Notes: generated from the sequence alone by a model not told the origin. 63,978 bases of DNA, filler included, from Octopus bimaculoides (GCF_001194135.2; 5 parts of 4 records of this genome joined end to end with filler, not necessarily neighbours in it), one strand, 5' to 3'; shown: positions 1 through 12,049, counted from the whole stretch's first letter. Numbers and translations are program-made.

Positions 1-950
1 AATGAAGTCAGAGGTAGAATCTCCAGTTTTTGTTTCTACTCAATTTTCCCTCTATCAGACAGCACATATTAATCCTCTTTCAGATTACAAAGGTTTTATC
101 AGTTTCTAGAAAATGTTGGTAAAGTAACTGAAAGGCTTTGACTAAGGAGATTTTTTATACATGTTTTTGGGAGAATTGTTGAGAAGCCATCAGAACATGC
201 TGGTAAGTTTTATAGTAATTTTGTCTGTGACAGCTTTTACCTGTTTCTTCTCTGTCTCTATATAATTGGTGTTGGCTGCTTCACCCTGTCAGTTTGTAGT
301 GTCACAGCTGACTTAGTTATTTGTAAACCAGGAGAATGGCATATGTAACATTGAATTGTTGTTCTTTAAATATTTCACTCATCTTGTGGTAGTCTATAGT
401 GTATGATAGATACACTTCCTTGTACAAAGGGTCTACTTCTTTTGTGAAACTGTAGAAAACTTTAGGGCCTGGTTTTTCTCTTGTCTATGGGCCAGTTTCT
501 TTTATCATTCTATCAGTCTCATGGGAAGTGGGTACTTTGTAATTTTCATGGGTGTACTTTATTTACTTAAGTTTACTTTATTTCCTTTATTTAAGTTTTT
601 TTAAAAACTTTTTCAGTTATAAGTTTATCTAAGCCTTTAGAAATATGTTTTCTTTCCCTCAAAATAATTTTCTTCCTTCTGGGAATAATATTTCATTGAA
701 AGTTGTTCAACTTTGTCTTAGAGACATGTTTCATGCATTTGTTTTACATTAATTGCTCTACATTATTCCAGTTTTATACTGTTGCCTCGTATTTGAAACT
801 TTTTTTATTAATGTCTTAATCGGATCTATTTAGGTCACACCGTAAACTGCTTTGCAAAAATTACTCTTTACACATATGGACATATAAAAATGTATACACA
901 AAAAGATAAAGAATTCAAACAATTTCTATAGAACAGATTCCACAGATTAA

Positions 951-1173
951 CCTGCTGTTTACTATTTTTCTTTTGAAATAACATTGCCTTTGTTTCAATT
1001 AATTTTGAAAATAATGGAGAATTTAGTAAAATACTTTCATCATTATTAAGCTGGTGTTTGAAATAAATATTAACATGAAAGTTTGATTGAAGGCTTTAGT
1101 TTAGTTAATTTTAAAATAAGAAGTTTGTATCCTAGAACCAAGAGAGGTCTCAATAGGGTTGGTATTATATGGA
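951..1173. mobile_element. piggyBac-like MITE, degenerate copy
   Basis: Flanked by TTAA (947-950, 1174-1177). Body is homologous to 11196-11417, which ends AAAAGGG-TTAA. Confidence 0.5.
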
Positions 1174-1209
1174 TTAATTGATTTTTTTCCCTTTATTTCT
1201 TATCTTTAC

Positions 1210-1370
1210 TTGTTTCAGTCATTTGACTGTGGCCATGCAGGGACTCTACCTCGAAGGGTTTAGTTGAACAAAATGACCCCTGGTACTTATTCTATTGATC
1301 TCCTTTTGCTAAACTGCTAAGTTACAAGGATGTAAACAAACTGATACCAGTTGTCAAGTGGGGGGGGGGG
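1210..1370 (-). mobile_element. SINE family B, 3' part (reverse)
   Basis: GTTTCAGTCATTTGACTGTGGCCATGC...GTACTTATTCTAT...GCTAAGTTAC is the reverse complement of the 3' half of the 41874-42270 copy. Confidence 0.7.
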
Positions 1371-1399
1371 GNNNNNNNNNNCAAGTGGGGGGGGGGGTG

Positions 1400-1828
1400 A
1401 AACACACACATACATCATTACCATCCTCATTTAACATCCACTTCTCCTTCCATGCTTGCATGGATTAGACAGTTTATTGAGGCAGGTTTTTCAATGGCTA
1501 GATGCTCTTCCTCTCACCAACCCTCACTGGTTTCCAAGTAAAGCAATATTCCCTCATGACTCGACATATTCTCTCTGATGAGTGACACTACTTGTATGAC
1601 AGTGACAATCGTTTTACAACTATAATGCAATGTTCAAGACAAAGCGACAGAAACATGCACACATACATGTGCTCACACATACATACATATTTAGGTAGTG
1701 AGCTTCTTTCAGTTTCCATCTAACTATTACACCCACAAGGCTTTGGTTAGCTCAGAGCTATAGTAGAAGATGCCCAAAATGCTATGCCTAAACCTATCAC
1801 AATCACACACCTCTCTCTCTCTCATATG

Positions 1829-1866
<38 letters not shown>

Positions 1867-2065
1867 TAGAATCATTTAACATCCGTTTTCCATGCTGACA
1901 TGGATTGGACAGTTTGACGGAAGCTGACCAGCTGAAGGGCTGTTCAGGTGTCCATGTCTGCTTTGGCATGGTTTCTGTGGCTGGGTGCCCTTCCTAATAT
2001 CAACCACTTTACAGAATGTACTGGGTGCTTTTACGCAGCACTGGTACAGGTGCTTTTTACGTGGC
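1400..2065 (-). mobile_element. Two partial copies of SINE family C (GAT-tailed) with an interposed SINE B fragment and (TA)n
   Basis: TTTAACATCC...TTCCATGC...CATGG.TT.GACAGTT at ~1430 and ~1875 is the reverse of the 3' ends at ~17985-18030 and ~20650-20710. Confidence 0.65.
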
Positions 2066-2419
2066 ACCAGCGCTTACAAGCCCACAAGATTAGGGATGCT
2101 CAGCTGGAGAGAGTTGCAAGGGACGAGCCTGTATGGAAGGGCATCTTTTACTTAGCTTCACGTGTCTTTTATACACACACACACACTCTCACACACAATG
2201 GGCTGCCACACAGTTTCTATCTACCAAATTCACTAGCCCATGGTTCAGTGGTATGGAATCCTAAACTACATGATTACAAATTGATCTCTTTAATCACACA
2301 GTTATGCCTTCACCTTAAGGAAAATTATAGAAATAATTTTTATAAGGGGCCAATTGATGACCTTGTAACTTCGCAGGTGTGAAAGTTAGTGATGGAAAGT
2401 TGTTTGACTTGTATTCTTT

Positions 2420-2590
2420 GTGACTATGTGGTTGGTGTGTTACACTCATGATTGTGGTTTCAATTCCTGGTCCAGGCGATACGTTGTGTTCTCAAGCAAA
2501 ACACCCCATTTCATGTTGCTCCAGTCCGCTCAGCTGGCAAAAATTAGTAATCCTATGACGGACCAGCATCTCAATTCAGATGGGGAATAT
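2420..2590 (+). mobile_element. SINE family D head (tRNA-like plus CORE-like domain)
   Basis: GGTTTCAATTCCTGG B-box-like motif then GTTGTGTTCTCAAGCAAAACAC...GCTCCAGTCCGCTCAGCTGGCAAAAAT, homologous to 39651-39980. Confidence 0.7.
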
Positions 2591-2997
2591 ATATATATTC
2601 CCCAGAATCTGGGAAATCAGCCTTAAGAGTCTATGATTTGTGAAGGAAGTTTGATCTATTTTAGTATGACAGGTGGTGGGAGTATTTGGATTTCGTAGTT
2701 TGTTATAAAATTTGGAGGTTTCTGTTGTTAGATTTAAATCAGTAGGTCGTGTCAGCTGTATGTCAGCCATAGGTCAACTCCGTAGTTTATATTTTATATA
2801 ATAATAATAATGAGTTTATTACAATAGAAGTGAAGCTTAGTGATTATCACTGCAAGTCAAAACTGGTCTGCAAACTGATTTATGGCAAATTTTCTGGTCA
2901 TACTGTGTTAGTGTACACATACTTATATAGTAATTGTGGTGTAGTAAATATACAGGCTGCACATTCACTTGTGCATGTACACACAAATATGTCATAT

Positions 2998-3037
<40 letters not shown>

Positions 3038-3202
3038 TATTATAGTAGAGTTAGAGGTTGGAATAACCGTCGGAGGGATAAAAGTATCCATTATACTACC
3101 TGTATAATTACCTATGTTAACCCTGGATATACATATGCAAGCATATTATGCTCATAGATTACAGGTAATGACAAAGATAAACATGAGTTTATCAGAAATC
3201 AA

Positions 3203-3319
3203 ATTTAAAGTAAACAGAAAATGGAGAAATATTGATCAACAACAACTGACAGAAATTAATAATTGATGTAAGTCAATTGTTGTTGATCGATATTTCTCCA
3301 TTTTCTGTTTACTTCAAAT
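3203..3319. repeat. Near-perfect inverted repeat (48-bp arms, 21-nt spacer)
   Basis: ATTTAAAGTAAACAGAAAATGGAGAAATATTGATCAACAACAACTGAC (3203-3250) versus the reverse complement of 3272-3319; three mismatches by eye. Confidence 0.9.
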
Positions 3320-3844
3320 ATATTATATTTATATTTATATACACTCATAGTCATACATACACATTACATGGGAGCAAGTAATGGATAGAAATGGAGATAG
3401 ATGTAACAGTTATTGAGAAATGGCCACATGAGGCCACATGTCCCTTAATCTGGGATGTGATCAGCAATGATACTTTCTCTCAAGCAGCAACCTGGTAAAA
3501 TTGAGTTCAATTTTAGATTTCATTGTTTGAAGTAGTGAGGAAGGTAGACAATTAGTCAAGGCAGGACTATGGCATTTAAATCCATTTAATTCAATCTAAA
3601 AATAGTAAAATAATACGAAACTGGTTAAGAAAGTAGAGATAGCCTCTGACAACTGTTTCTGGGATATCCTGGCCATTGGATCATCATATTGATTAAAGAC
3701 TTTATAAACCAGGTATTCTATCATCAGAACTTATTGGATTTCATTGTTTAAGGGGGTTCGCAAGATGACATTTTCAAGATGCTGGCTTCCACCTGACAGG
3801 TTTCTTTTTGAACCTCTAATATCTGGTGTCTTAAGCCTCTAAAC

Positions 3845-4165
3845 CAGGGGTTTTCAAACTTTTTGACTTGCGGACCCCTTTATATTTCAGGCTTTACCTT
3901 AGGGACCCCCTTATAAACGCTTATGAAATTTATACATAAATATTTCCTTAAAATATCATATATTTTTACATTTATTTATTTAACAGTATTAAACAAATAG
4001 GTTTATTGTTAATTAAAAGATTTCAATTACAAAAAACATATATAAAATCAAATTGCCCATAAAAAGTATTTGCTGTCCACGGACCCCCTGTCTTGTCCTT
4101 GCAGACCCCCTGTCTTGTCCTTGCAGACCCCCTGTGGTCCGGGGACCACAATTTGAAAACCCCTG
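3845..4165. mobile_element. hAT (Buster/Charlie-type) MITE with perfect 8-bp TSD
   Basis: TIRs CAGGGGTTTTCAAA / TTTGAAAACCCCTG. TSD CTCTAAAC at 3837-3844 and 4166-4173 (nnnTAnnn, Buster-type). Internal 22-bp tandem repeat, about 2.5 copies, at 4083-4135. Confidence 0.92.
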
Positions 4166-4479
4166 CTCTAAACTACATCCCTCCTCAGTCTGGTCAGGAG
4201 AAAGACTGCTAACTTAAAGGAATGAACTCTGAGAGACAGTATTTCTCTTTTCACAACATCTTCCTCTCCATTTATGTAAAGCACTCAACCGTTTTGTCTC
4301 TGGGAACTGTGAAATGTTTCCTTGACTGACTCACTGTTATACATTTCTTCTTTTTAATATTTTCATATTAATAATTGTATTGGCAACTCTGTTTCTCCTG
4401 CATTTTTCCTTACATATTATATATTAGATTATACTATTATGGATCTTTGTCATTCACTGCTTTTATAACATAGATATAT

Positions 4480-4830
4480 CAAGACGTGTATCTGTATGCA
4501 TACAACACAATGGCAGAGATGTCTTGGTGAACCAAGTCTGTTGCACAAATTTGATCCCTGTTTTGGGTATTTTGACTAAATTTGCTTTCTATATCATCAG
4601 TTTCAAGCCTTCTCTTTTGAATTTTATAATCATGTCCATGGGTAGTAGAGATATCAAATTCAAAATGGTGACCAAAATTGTTGTTGGAAAGATGGTGGAT
4701 AATCTTGTGGGGTTTCTAGCAAGTCAGCTGCTAAATGTCGAAACCTTAATGTGTCTAATGCCCAGAGAAATAGGACATTCAAGATAAGTACCTGACAAGT
4801 CCTGGATTTGGTTAAATTCTTTATTCCCCT
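4480..4830 (-). mobile_element. Decayed CR1/Jockey-group LINE, 3' end of ORF2
   Basis: Minus-strand frames read ...SLGI/DTLRFRHLAADLLET/HKIIHHLSNNNFGHHFEFDISTTHGHDYKIQKRR, matching the L..RR...DL...YKII...TRGH..K C-terminal pattern of these LINEs. Confidence 0.6.
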
Positions 4831-6986
4831 CTTTCAATATTGTTAGATATCAATATTATTATTTAATGAATGCACAAAAAAAATAAAAAAGAAACCAAAA
4901 GTGCGCCACTTGCAGGGTAACCAGAAAATGTTATACCTAATATCATCAACATCATATATATATATTTTCATCGTCATCATGTATGTATATTTTCATCATC
5001 ATCATGTATGTATACATTTTTTTCTAAACCAATGTTTTGAAATTCATTGTCTCAATTTGAAATGTTAATTAACATAAACTAACTTAATTGTTGCTGATCT
5101 TTTTATGCTTTGTTATTTTTGTTTTAAAAAAATATTCAATATTTGTTTGAATGTTTTGTTTTGATTTATTTTAAATGTTGCTAAAGTGAGATTTTTAACC
5201 CTAACAATAACATGTGAAACAAGGTGACAGCACAGAAATATTTAAAGGCTGGTCTCAACCCTCACCTGTTGTCCAGATGTGATGGTCATGGATAATGTTT
5301 CCACTTGCAGTCCTCTCTCTATATATATGTTCTAATTGTTGTTAAATGCCATTAAATCATGTAATTCATGTTTAAATACTTTCATTGTTTGTTTTGAAAA
5401 CCTCATCAAAAAACAATTATAAATGTAAACACACACAATTTCTACCATACACATTTACATTCAGATACCTGCATATTTATCTACCTGTCTATACACACAC
5501 ACACACACACACACACATAACATACATACCTATAAAATAAACAACTTGTTGCATTTTGTCATTCTTACCTTTTCCCTTATTCACACATCCTCACTGATAT
5601 ATCTACATACATATACACATTTAAACACATACATAATTCCCCACAACCTAATCTCTCTCTGTCACCTTCCACACACATACATATACAGACTCACATACAC
5701 AGATACACATGCATACACACACACACACACACCTATCTAGGACTACATCATTCATTTTATGACTGTTGGATGTATTTTAAGGAAAATTTGGCTGCTATTT
5801 CTAGCAAGGTGTGAAACCATCTAGAGTCTCATTCATTCGCTTGTGCTTTTGTAGTCTTCTCTTTTATAATTGTAAACGAGTGGGAATTCCGTTAGTATTG
5901 GTTCTAGACAACTATTTATTGTCAGGATTTCAACCGCTATCCATTCAGTTTGTTGTTTGGTATAGTCTTCATAAGTAGATACAAATCTTGGCACAAAAAC
6001 ATTTACCAAAGATTTTTTTTCCTATTCTTCTTGTTTTTTTTCCTGTGCTTAAATTACAAAAGAACTTTTATATACACACACACATATGCATGTAAATATA
6101 TATNNNNNNNNNNTCAATACATTTGATACACTATTACTGAAAGGCTTCTAATTTCCTGTTCTCATGAGTTTCGCATTCCTGGTCATTCAGCTGGTAAACT
6201 GTGTTGACCACTGGCCAGCTAAGTTCTTCTCTTGAATCACCTGTTGTTTGAATATTATTTTGAAATATCATTCAGAATCTATCATGAAAATACTTACCTT
6301 AATGTGTGAATGATATGTGAAATGGCTGTTGTGAAATGCCATATATGGTAACCCTACAGAGAACTAGATTCTTTACAGTGTCTGGTTTTGATGTGCAATG
6401 TCCCAAGTTTAGTCTTCACCTCTGATAATTTTTGTCTGTCCACCATCTACAAACAGAGCCCATTGGTCACAAAATGCTAATATATTTATTCCTTGTTCAC
6501 AAATATTTAATTCTTGCATGCTTCCTTTTATGGTTTCCATTATTTCTGTTGATTTCATTGGTGTTTGGTCTTGTTTCTTTGCCTTTTTTTTTTATTATCT
6601 AACCATAACACCGACTCACCAGAATTATAACACTTTTGGTTTCGGTGTCTTTGTGCTTTTGTTCTTAGTGAAAAGTTTTTCTATGCAGACACCCTTATGA
6701 ACGCACATACACAGACATACACACACACACACATACATACATATGTTTATTAGCATTTTCATTAAATTTAAATTAAATAGTTTTTTTAAAAGAAAATTAT
6801 TTCATCAAAATAAAAAAAAAAGCAAATGCTTTAAAATAAATTGTAAAAAATTATTTTAGAGAAAAATTTTAAATACTGAGTTTAAAAAAAGATAAAATAA
6901 AGTTTTATAATTAATCTTGGATTTAACGAAGAGTATTTGAGTCTAAGAAGTTTATATGGTTTCACCAGGGTAAATAACATTTACAT

Positions 6987-7562
6987 CATACACATGATGA
7001 CTCATATTTATTCTTAAAACATTCCTGCAGATTTGTGAATAAGCTGATTGCTGTTGTGTTTCAACTCAGAACAACTTCTTTATGATGGATATGTGTTCAC
7101 AACATACTCAGTTCATTAGCGTAAGGGAAGTCTGGGACACCTGGTGTTTCAACATTGTTGTTTCTCATCAGTGAAAGACACCCTGGACTAATGAATTTGA
7201 CAAGAGTTCAAGGCTCTTGTTTATAACTTCAGAAAACTAAACTGTTTGCTGATATGTGCTGACATCTGCCAACCTACAATAAGTCAGCATATGCAGAATT
7301 TTGATTCTTGTTGTTTACTGTACATATCAGCACATCTCAGCAAACAGCTTTGTTTGCTGAAGTTATAAATAAGAGCCTCAAACTTTTGTTAGATTCATCA
7401 GTCCAGGGATGTTTCTGGCTGAGAAGACACAACAATGTTGAAACACCAGAGTTTGTATGTTATGAACACACAACTATTGTAAAAGAAAAGTTGTTAGCAT
7501 ATTCATCTTAGAATGTGCCGGAACATTTTAAGAATATATATATGCTAGTCATTATATGTACG
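6987..7562. repeat. Long imperfect inverted repeat (arms ~6987-7269 and ~7320-7562)
   Basis: Example block: CTGGTGTTTCAACATTGTTGT...CCCTGGACTAATGAATTTGACAAGAGTTCAAGGCTCTTGTTTATAACTTCAG matches the reverse complement of the right arm with mostly transition mismatches. The left arm carries two extra segments. Confidence 0.9.
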
Positions 7563-8138
7563 TGTGTGTGTGTGTGTGTGTGTGTATAATACACGTTATT
7601 CATTCTTGTAAAATGACACTCTTCATGCATGTGTGTATAATTATACACTTACATGTACCTGTTGATTCACATTCATCTACACATACATAAATATAAGCTT
7701 ATGTGTGTGTGTGTATATAAGGATGTGTGTGTATGAATACAGTGTTTTCATTATTTCTTCGTTAATAACAAAGTGGAAACTTAATAAATGGCAGAATTAA
7801 CAGATTGCATCCTTCTACCCAGAGTCATTATGTTTCAGTGTAGAGAGAGTACATTGTTTTTTTTTCTTTTTATCTATAGAGAACAATGTTTCTATGTATG
7901 CAGAACACTGTGTTTCTGTTTAGAGTACACTTACTTCATTTACATAAACAGGGTATTCTATACACAGAAGCAATGTTTTACCAGTTTTGTTGAATTTTGA
8001 GACTGACAGTGTAGAAGTTACCTAATTTTTTCATTTAAGATAATCTTTGTATAAGATGAACAGTGTTTAAAGAAAAGACTTTTATATGCAATATAATACA
8101 GTATTTCTTCTATTATGATTATTATTCTCTTTCATTAA

Positions 8139-8246
8139 CCTTTAGTACACTGTAGGTGCATCATATCACAATATGAGTTTTCTCCCCTGTAGTAACAGGA
8201 CAGTGGCAAGGAAAACAATTCTAGAGAAAATACAGTGTACTAAGGG
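8139..8246. mobile_element. Mini piggyBac-like MITE (108 bp)
   Basis: TTAA-CCTTTAGTACACTGTA ... TACAGTGTACTAAGGG-CTAA; 16-bp TIRs with one mismatch and a TTAA/CTAA target. Confidence 0.6.
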
Positions 8247-8779
8247 CTAAGAAAGTCTGTCAGAGTCTACTACCAATTCCACAACTATTACAGCTCCAAC
8301 ATTACCACAATTGACACAACCAACACCACAACTAACATCGCCTTCAACACTCTAACATTTTCACAGCAATAAACTCCACTACGACACTGAATGCAACAAC
8401 AACAACAACTGCAACTATATCTCTCTTCTGTTTTATCTTCTCACCTGCACTCTAACTCAAACCTCATTTATTTGCTATTTATTTATTTATTTATTGCTAT
8501 ACCTCCTAAACTTCAAATTATGACCTCCCCTTCTTCCCATCTCTCTTCATCCAGTTTATTAGCCATTTATCTATGTACCTACCTTCATAGCTACCCTCTT
8601 TTCATCACTGTCTGTCTGTCTCTCTCTCTTTCTCATCATTTTCACAGTTACTCTCTAACTCCAAATTTTCCCTGCCTTCCTTTCAACATGATACATATCT
8701 ATTTTTCTCTCTGACCCCAACTTCTTTCTCTTTTCCTTTGACCCTTTCACATCTATATATACTGTTACACTAGCAAACC

Positions 8780-9360
8780 CAAATCACTCTCTCTTTCCTT
8801 CTCTATCTGTCTGTCTCTCTCTCTCTCCCTCCTCTCTTTCTGTTACTTCTCTCTCTCCCTCCTCTCTTCTCTTCCCCCATCTACTTCCCAATCTCCCTTT
8901 TTGTCTTTCTCTTCTCTTTCTCTCTTCCCCCTCTCTCCCTTCTCTTTCTCTCTTCCCCCTCTCTCCCTTCTCTTTCTCTCTCCCCATCTACTCCCCAATC
9001 TCCCTTCTCTTTCTCTACTCTCTCCCCCCATCTCCCTTTTCTCTCTTCCTCCTCTCTCTATTCTTTCTCTCTTCCCCCTCTCTCTATTCTTTCTCTCTTC
9101 CCCCTCTCTCTATTCTTTCTCTCTTCCCCCCTCTCTATTCTTTCTCTCTCCCCCTGCCTACTCCCCAATCTATCTTTTCTCTCTCTCTTACTCTTCTCTC
9201 TCCTCCTGCCTTACTCCCCAATCCATCTTTTCTTTCTCTCTCTCTTACTCTTCTCTCTCCCCCTGCCTTACTCCCCAATCCATCTTTTCTTTCTCTCTCT
9301 CTCTTACTCTTCTCTCTCCTCCATCACTCTCCCTTTCCCCTCATCACCCCCCCTTCCTCT
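8780..9360. repeat. CT-rich polypyrimidine minisatellite
   Basis: Recurrent units such as TTCTTTCTCTCTTCCCCCTCTCTCT and CTCCCCAATC. Confidence 0.9.
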
Positions 9361-9420
9361 CATCCACAAAACAACTACAACAACAAAAGCCATTGTGTAA
9401 GGTGTGAGCCGTTGTCTTAA

Positions 9421-9444
9421 ACACTGCCCAACAGATGGCAGTGT
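9421..9444 (+). promoter_or_regulatory. CTCF/YY1-like motif inside an 8-bp stem hairpin, just upstream of the candidate first exon
   Basis: CCAACAGATGGCAGT (9428-9442) fits CCASYAGRKGGCRSY at 14 of 15 positions. ACACTGCC/GGCAGTGT stem. Confidence 0.3.
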
Positions 9445-9535
9445 GTGATATTGTTTCTGATTGGCAGGTTATTCTGTCGAGTTTAGAGCCGCCACAAGTG
9501 AGTGTGTGTGTGGCAAGTTGCAGTAGAGGGACATA

Positions 9536-9563
9536 ATGGAGGAGTTTAAACAACACACTCCAG
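9536..9563 (+). CDS. Candidate short first coding exon (MEEFKQHTP, phase-1 donor), possibly of the SLC16 gene
   Basis: Strong Kozak context (cataATGg), ends CCA G|GTACGT. Phase is compatible with the 15831 exon or with a missing P-DGGWGW exon. No homology evidence. Confidence 0.3.
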
Positions 9564-10040
9564 GTACGTATTTAAATATATGTGTATATATATATATATG
9601 TGTATATATACATTCATACATATATATACACACACATATATTCTCACCACTTGTTCATCCTACCCCCAACCTTTTCTATGCTTTAACTGTGTTTTTTTTT
9701 CCTCTTTTACTTCTAAAAAAAATTAACAAAATATTAATTATTATAATCAACAATAATTTTTTTTTTTATTGACCGTAAGGACCCAAGATGGAAGGGCCAG
9801 AACTAAGTCATGTGACAAAAGAAAACTTCAAACAAAAAATGGTGTGGTGGGATTAATATCGGGGGTGGGGGTGTGGGGGAAAGATGGAGATCGAGCAGAT
9901 GCATTAAAATAAATGGCAATAATAATAATAACAATAGTAGTAATAATGCTGCTGTCTTTATTCACCTCTAAGGGTTCACAAAATTAAAACCACTGGGGAC
10001 GGTACAGGACAATACAATGTGGGGTTAAATAAATAATAAT

Positions 10041-10255
10041 CCTTTCTACTAAAGGTACAAGGCCAGAAATTTGGTGGGAGAGGACTGGCCGAGTACATTG
10101 ACCCCAGTACTTCACTGGTACATAATTTATTGACCCTGAAAGGATGAAAGGCAAAGTCGACCTCGGTGGAATTTGAACACAGAACATAAAGACAGACGAA
10201 ATGCCGCTAAGCATTTTGCCCATCGTGCTAACGATTCTGCCAGCTCACCACCTTC

Positions 10256-10290
<35 letters not shown>

Positions 10291-10502
10291 CCTTTCTACT
10301 ATAGGCACAAGACCCGAAATTTAGCAGGAGGGGACTAGTTGATTATATCGACCCCAGTACTCCACTAGTACTTAATTTATTGGCCCCAAAAGGATGAAAG
10401 GCAAAGTTGACCCCAGTGGCATTTGAACTCAGTGCACGAAGACAGATGAAATACTGCTAATTATTTCACTTTTAGTGCTAATGATTCTGCCAGCTCACTG
10501 CT

Positions 10503-10534
<32 letters not shown>

Positions 10535-10747
10535 CTTTTCTACTATAGGCACAAAGCCTGAAGTTTTGTGGGAGGGGGATAGTCGGTTACATCAACCCTA
10601 GTGTTTCAGTGGAACTTAATTTATCAAACCCGAAAGGACGAAAGGAAAAGTCAGCCTTGGCAGAATTTGAACTCAGAACATAGCGGCAGATGAAATACCG
10701 CTAAGTATTTCACCCGGCATGCTAACAGCTCTGCTAGCTTGCTGCCT
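10041..10747 (-). mobile_element. Head-to-tail trimer of tRNA-headed SINE family A separated by (TAA)n
   Basis: Three ~215-bp copies (10041-10254, 10291-10504, 10533-10747). The reverse strand shows A-box TGGCAGAATCGTTAGC and B-box GTTCAAATTC. Confidence 0.9.
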
Positions 10748-11195
10748 AAATGATAATAATGGTAATGGTAAATGCTGAGGTCCAAGCAGTAAACTCTTTG
10801 GGGAAACAAGTCTGAAAAACAATGGCAGATGCTAAAATGATGGTGGTAAACATTTGCGGAGAAGTGACTGTGTGAAATAGAGCCATATTGTCTTCTGGTA
10901 GTAACTGTTTGACCCTTTGTTCACATCGTTTCCACTTAACGATGCCATTGGGAAAGACCCATAAGTCACAGCCTTCTCTTCTCTCACTTAACCATTAACC
11001 TTCCATCTTTTTTTCTTCTCTCTTTTTCTTATTTTCAACTTTTAAAAAACAGGTTCACCAGAATTGAAACTCTTTCTCTTTCTCTCTCTGATTATTGAAG
11101 TTTAACTGGTTGAACACTATCTTGCTCTCATTAGATTAATTATCTTGATTTCATCATGTATTTATCCCATTTTTCAAAAAAAAGTATTGAATTAA

Positions 11196-11417
11196 AATTG
11201 ACAGTGTATTTCTATTGAAATACACTCTTTGTTTCAATTAATTTTTTAAATAATGACAAATTTAGTAAAATATCTTTGTCATTATTAATTAAGCTTGTGT
11301 TTGGAACACAAATTAGCTTGAAATTTTGATGGAAGGTTTCAATTTAGATCACTTTAAAACCAGAATTTTGTATCATGGAACCAAAGGGTGGTCTCGAGTT
11401 GGTTGGTATTAAAAGGG
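11196..11417. mobile_element. piggyBac-like MITE (same family as 951-1173)
   Basis: Shared body; right end TATTAAAAGGG-TTAA. Confidence 0.55.
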
Positions 11418-12049
11418 TTAAAAGTTTTTTGTTTTTTTTCAAAAAATAAAAATGGAATCAAACAGCTGGGAGGTCATAATATTCAATATTTTATGATTCA
11501 TTAACTCTACCTCATTTAACTTTAATTGGTGCTGTGGGTTTTACCTGGTAGTGGTTGTGGGTGATGGATATATCTCATTTTGTCTTATTGGTTGTAATTT
11601 CTAAAAAAATTATTGTTAGTTTCACCCCTGCTTCCTTTTCCTCCAATTATTAATTTTTTAAAGTCAATTTGTTCAATTTTCTTTACTTTTTTTTAATACT
11701 TTTTTTCTTTTCTTCCGATATTATTTCATTTAAAATTAATTCTTCCACAAACATTATCATCTAAGATTAAAAAGAAAAAAAATCATTTAATTTTATTTTC
11801 AAGAATTGATACGAATTTGATTTGAAGGAATAAAATGAATATTGAACAGTGATATTTAATTTGGGGGGAGGGGCGAAGGTGAAGCTTGAAATTTTGGAAA
11901 CTGGGACGAAGCAACAAAGTTTGTGGGGTTGGGGTGGGGTGGAGAATAGGGCCAAGAGGGAGGTGAGAAAGAATGATGCTTTGAAAACATGGGAGGGAGG
12001 GAAGATGTTATAAAATCCTGCAAAATGGCCAAGGAATCAGCCCATCTAT

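Noticed and set aside
4524-4787. 87-aa plus-strand ORF
   Set aside because: It is the antisense frame of the decayed LINE on the minus strand.
6518-6700. Hydrophobic ORF with FGFGVF as the missing SLC16 TM1 exon
   Set aside because: No DGGWGW-like motif, no phase-1 donor, ends in a stop; T-rich DNA gives such peptides by chance.
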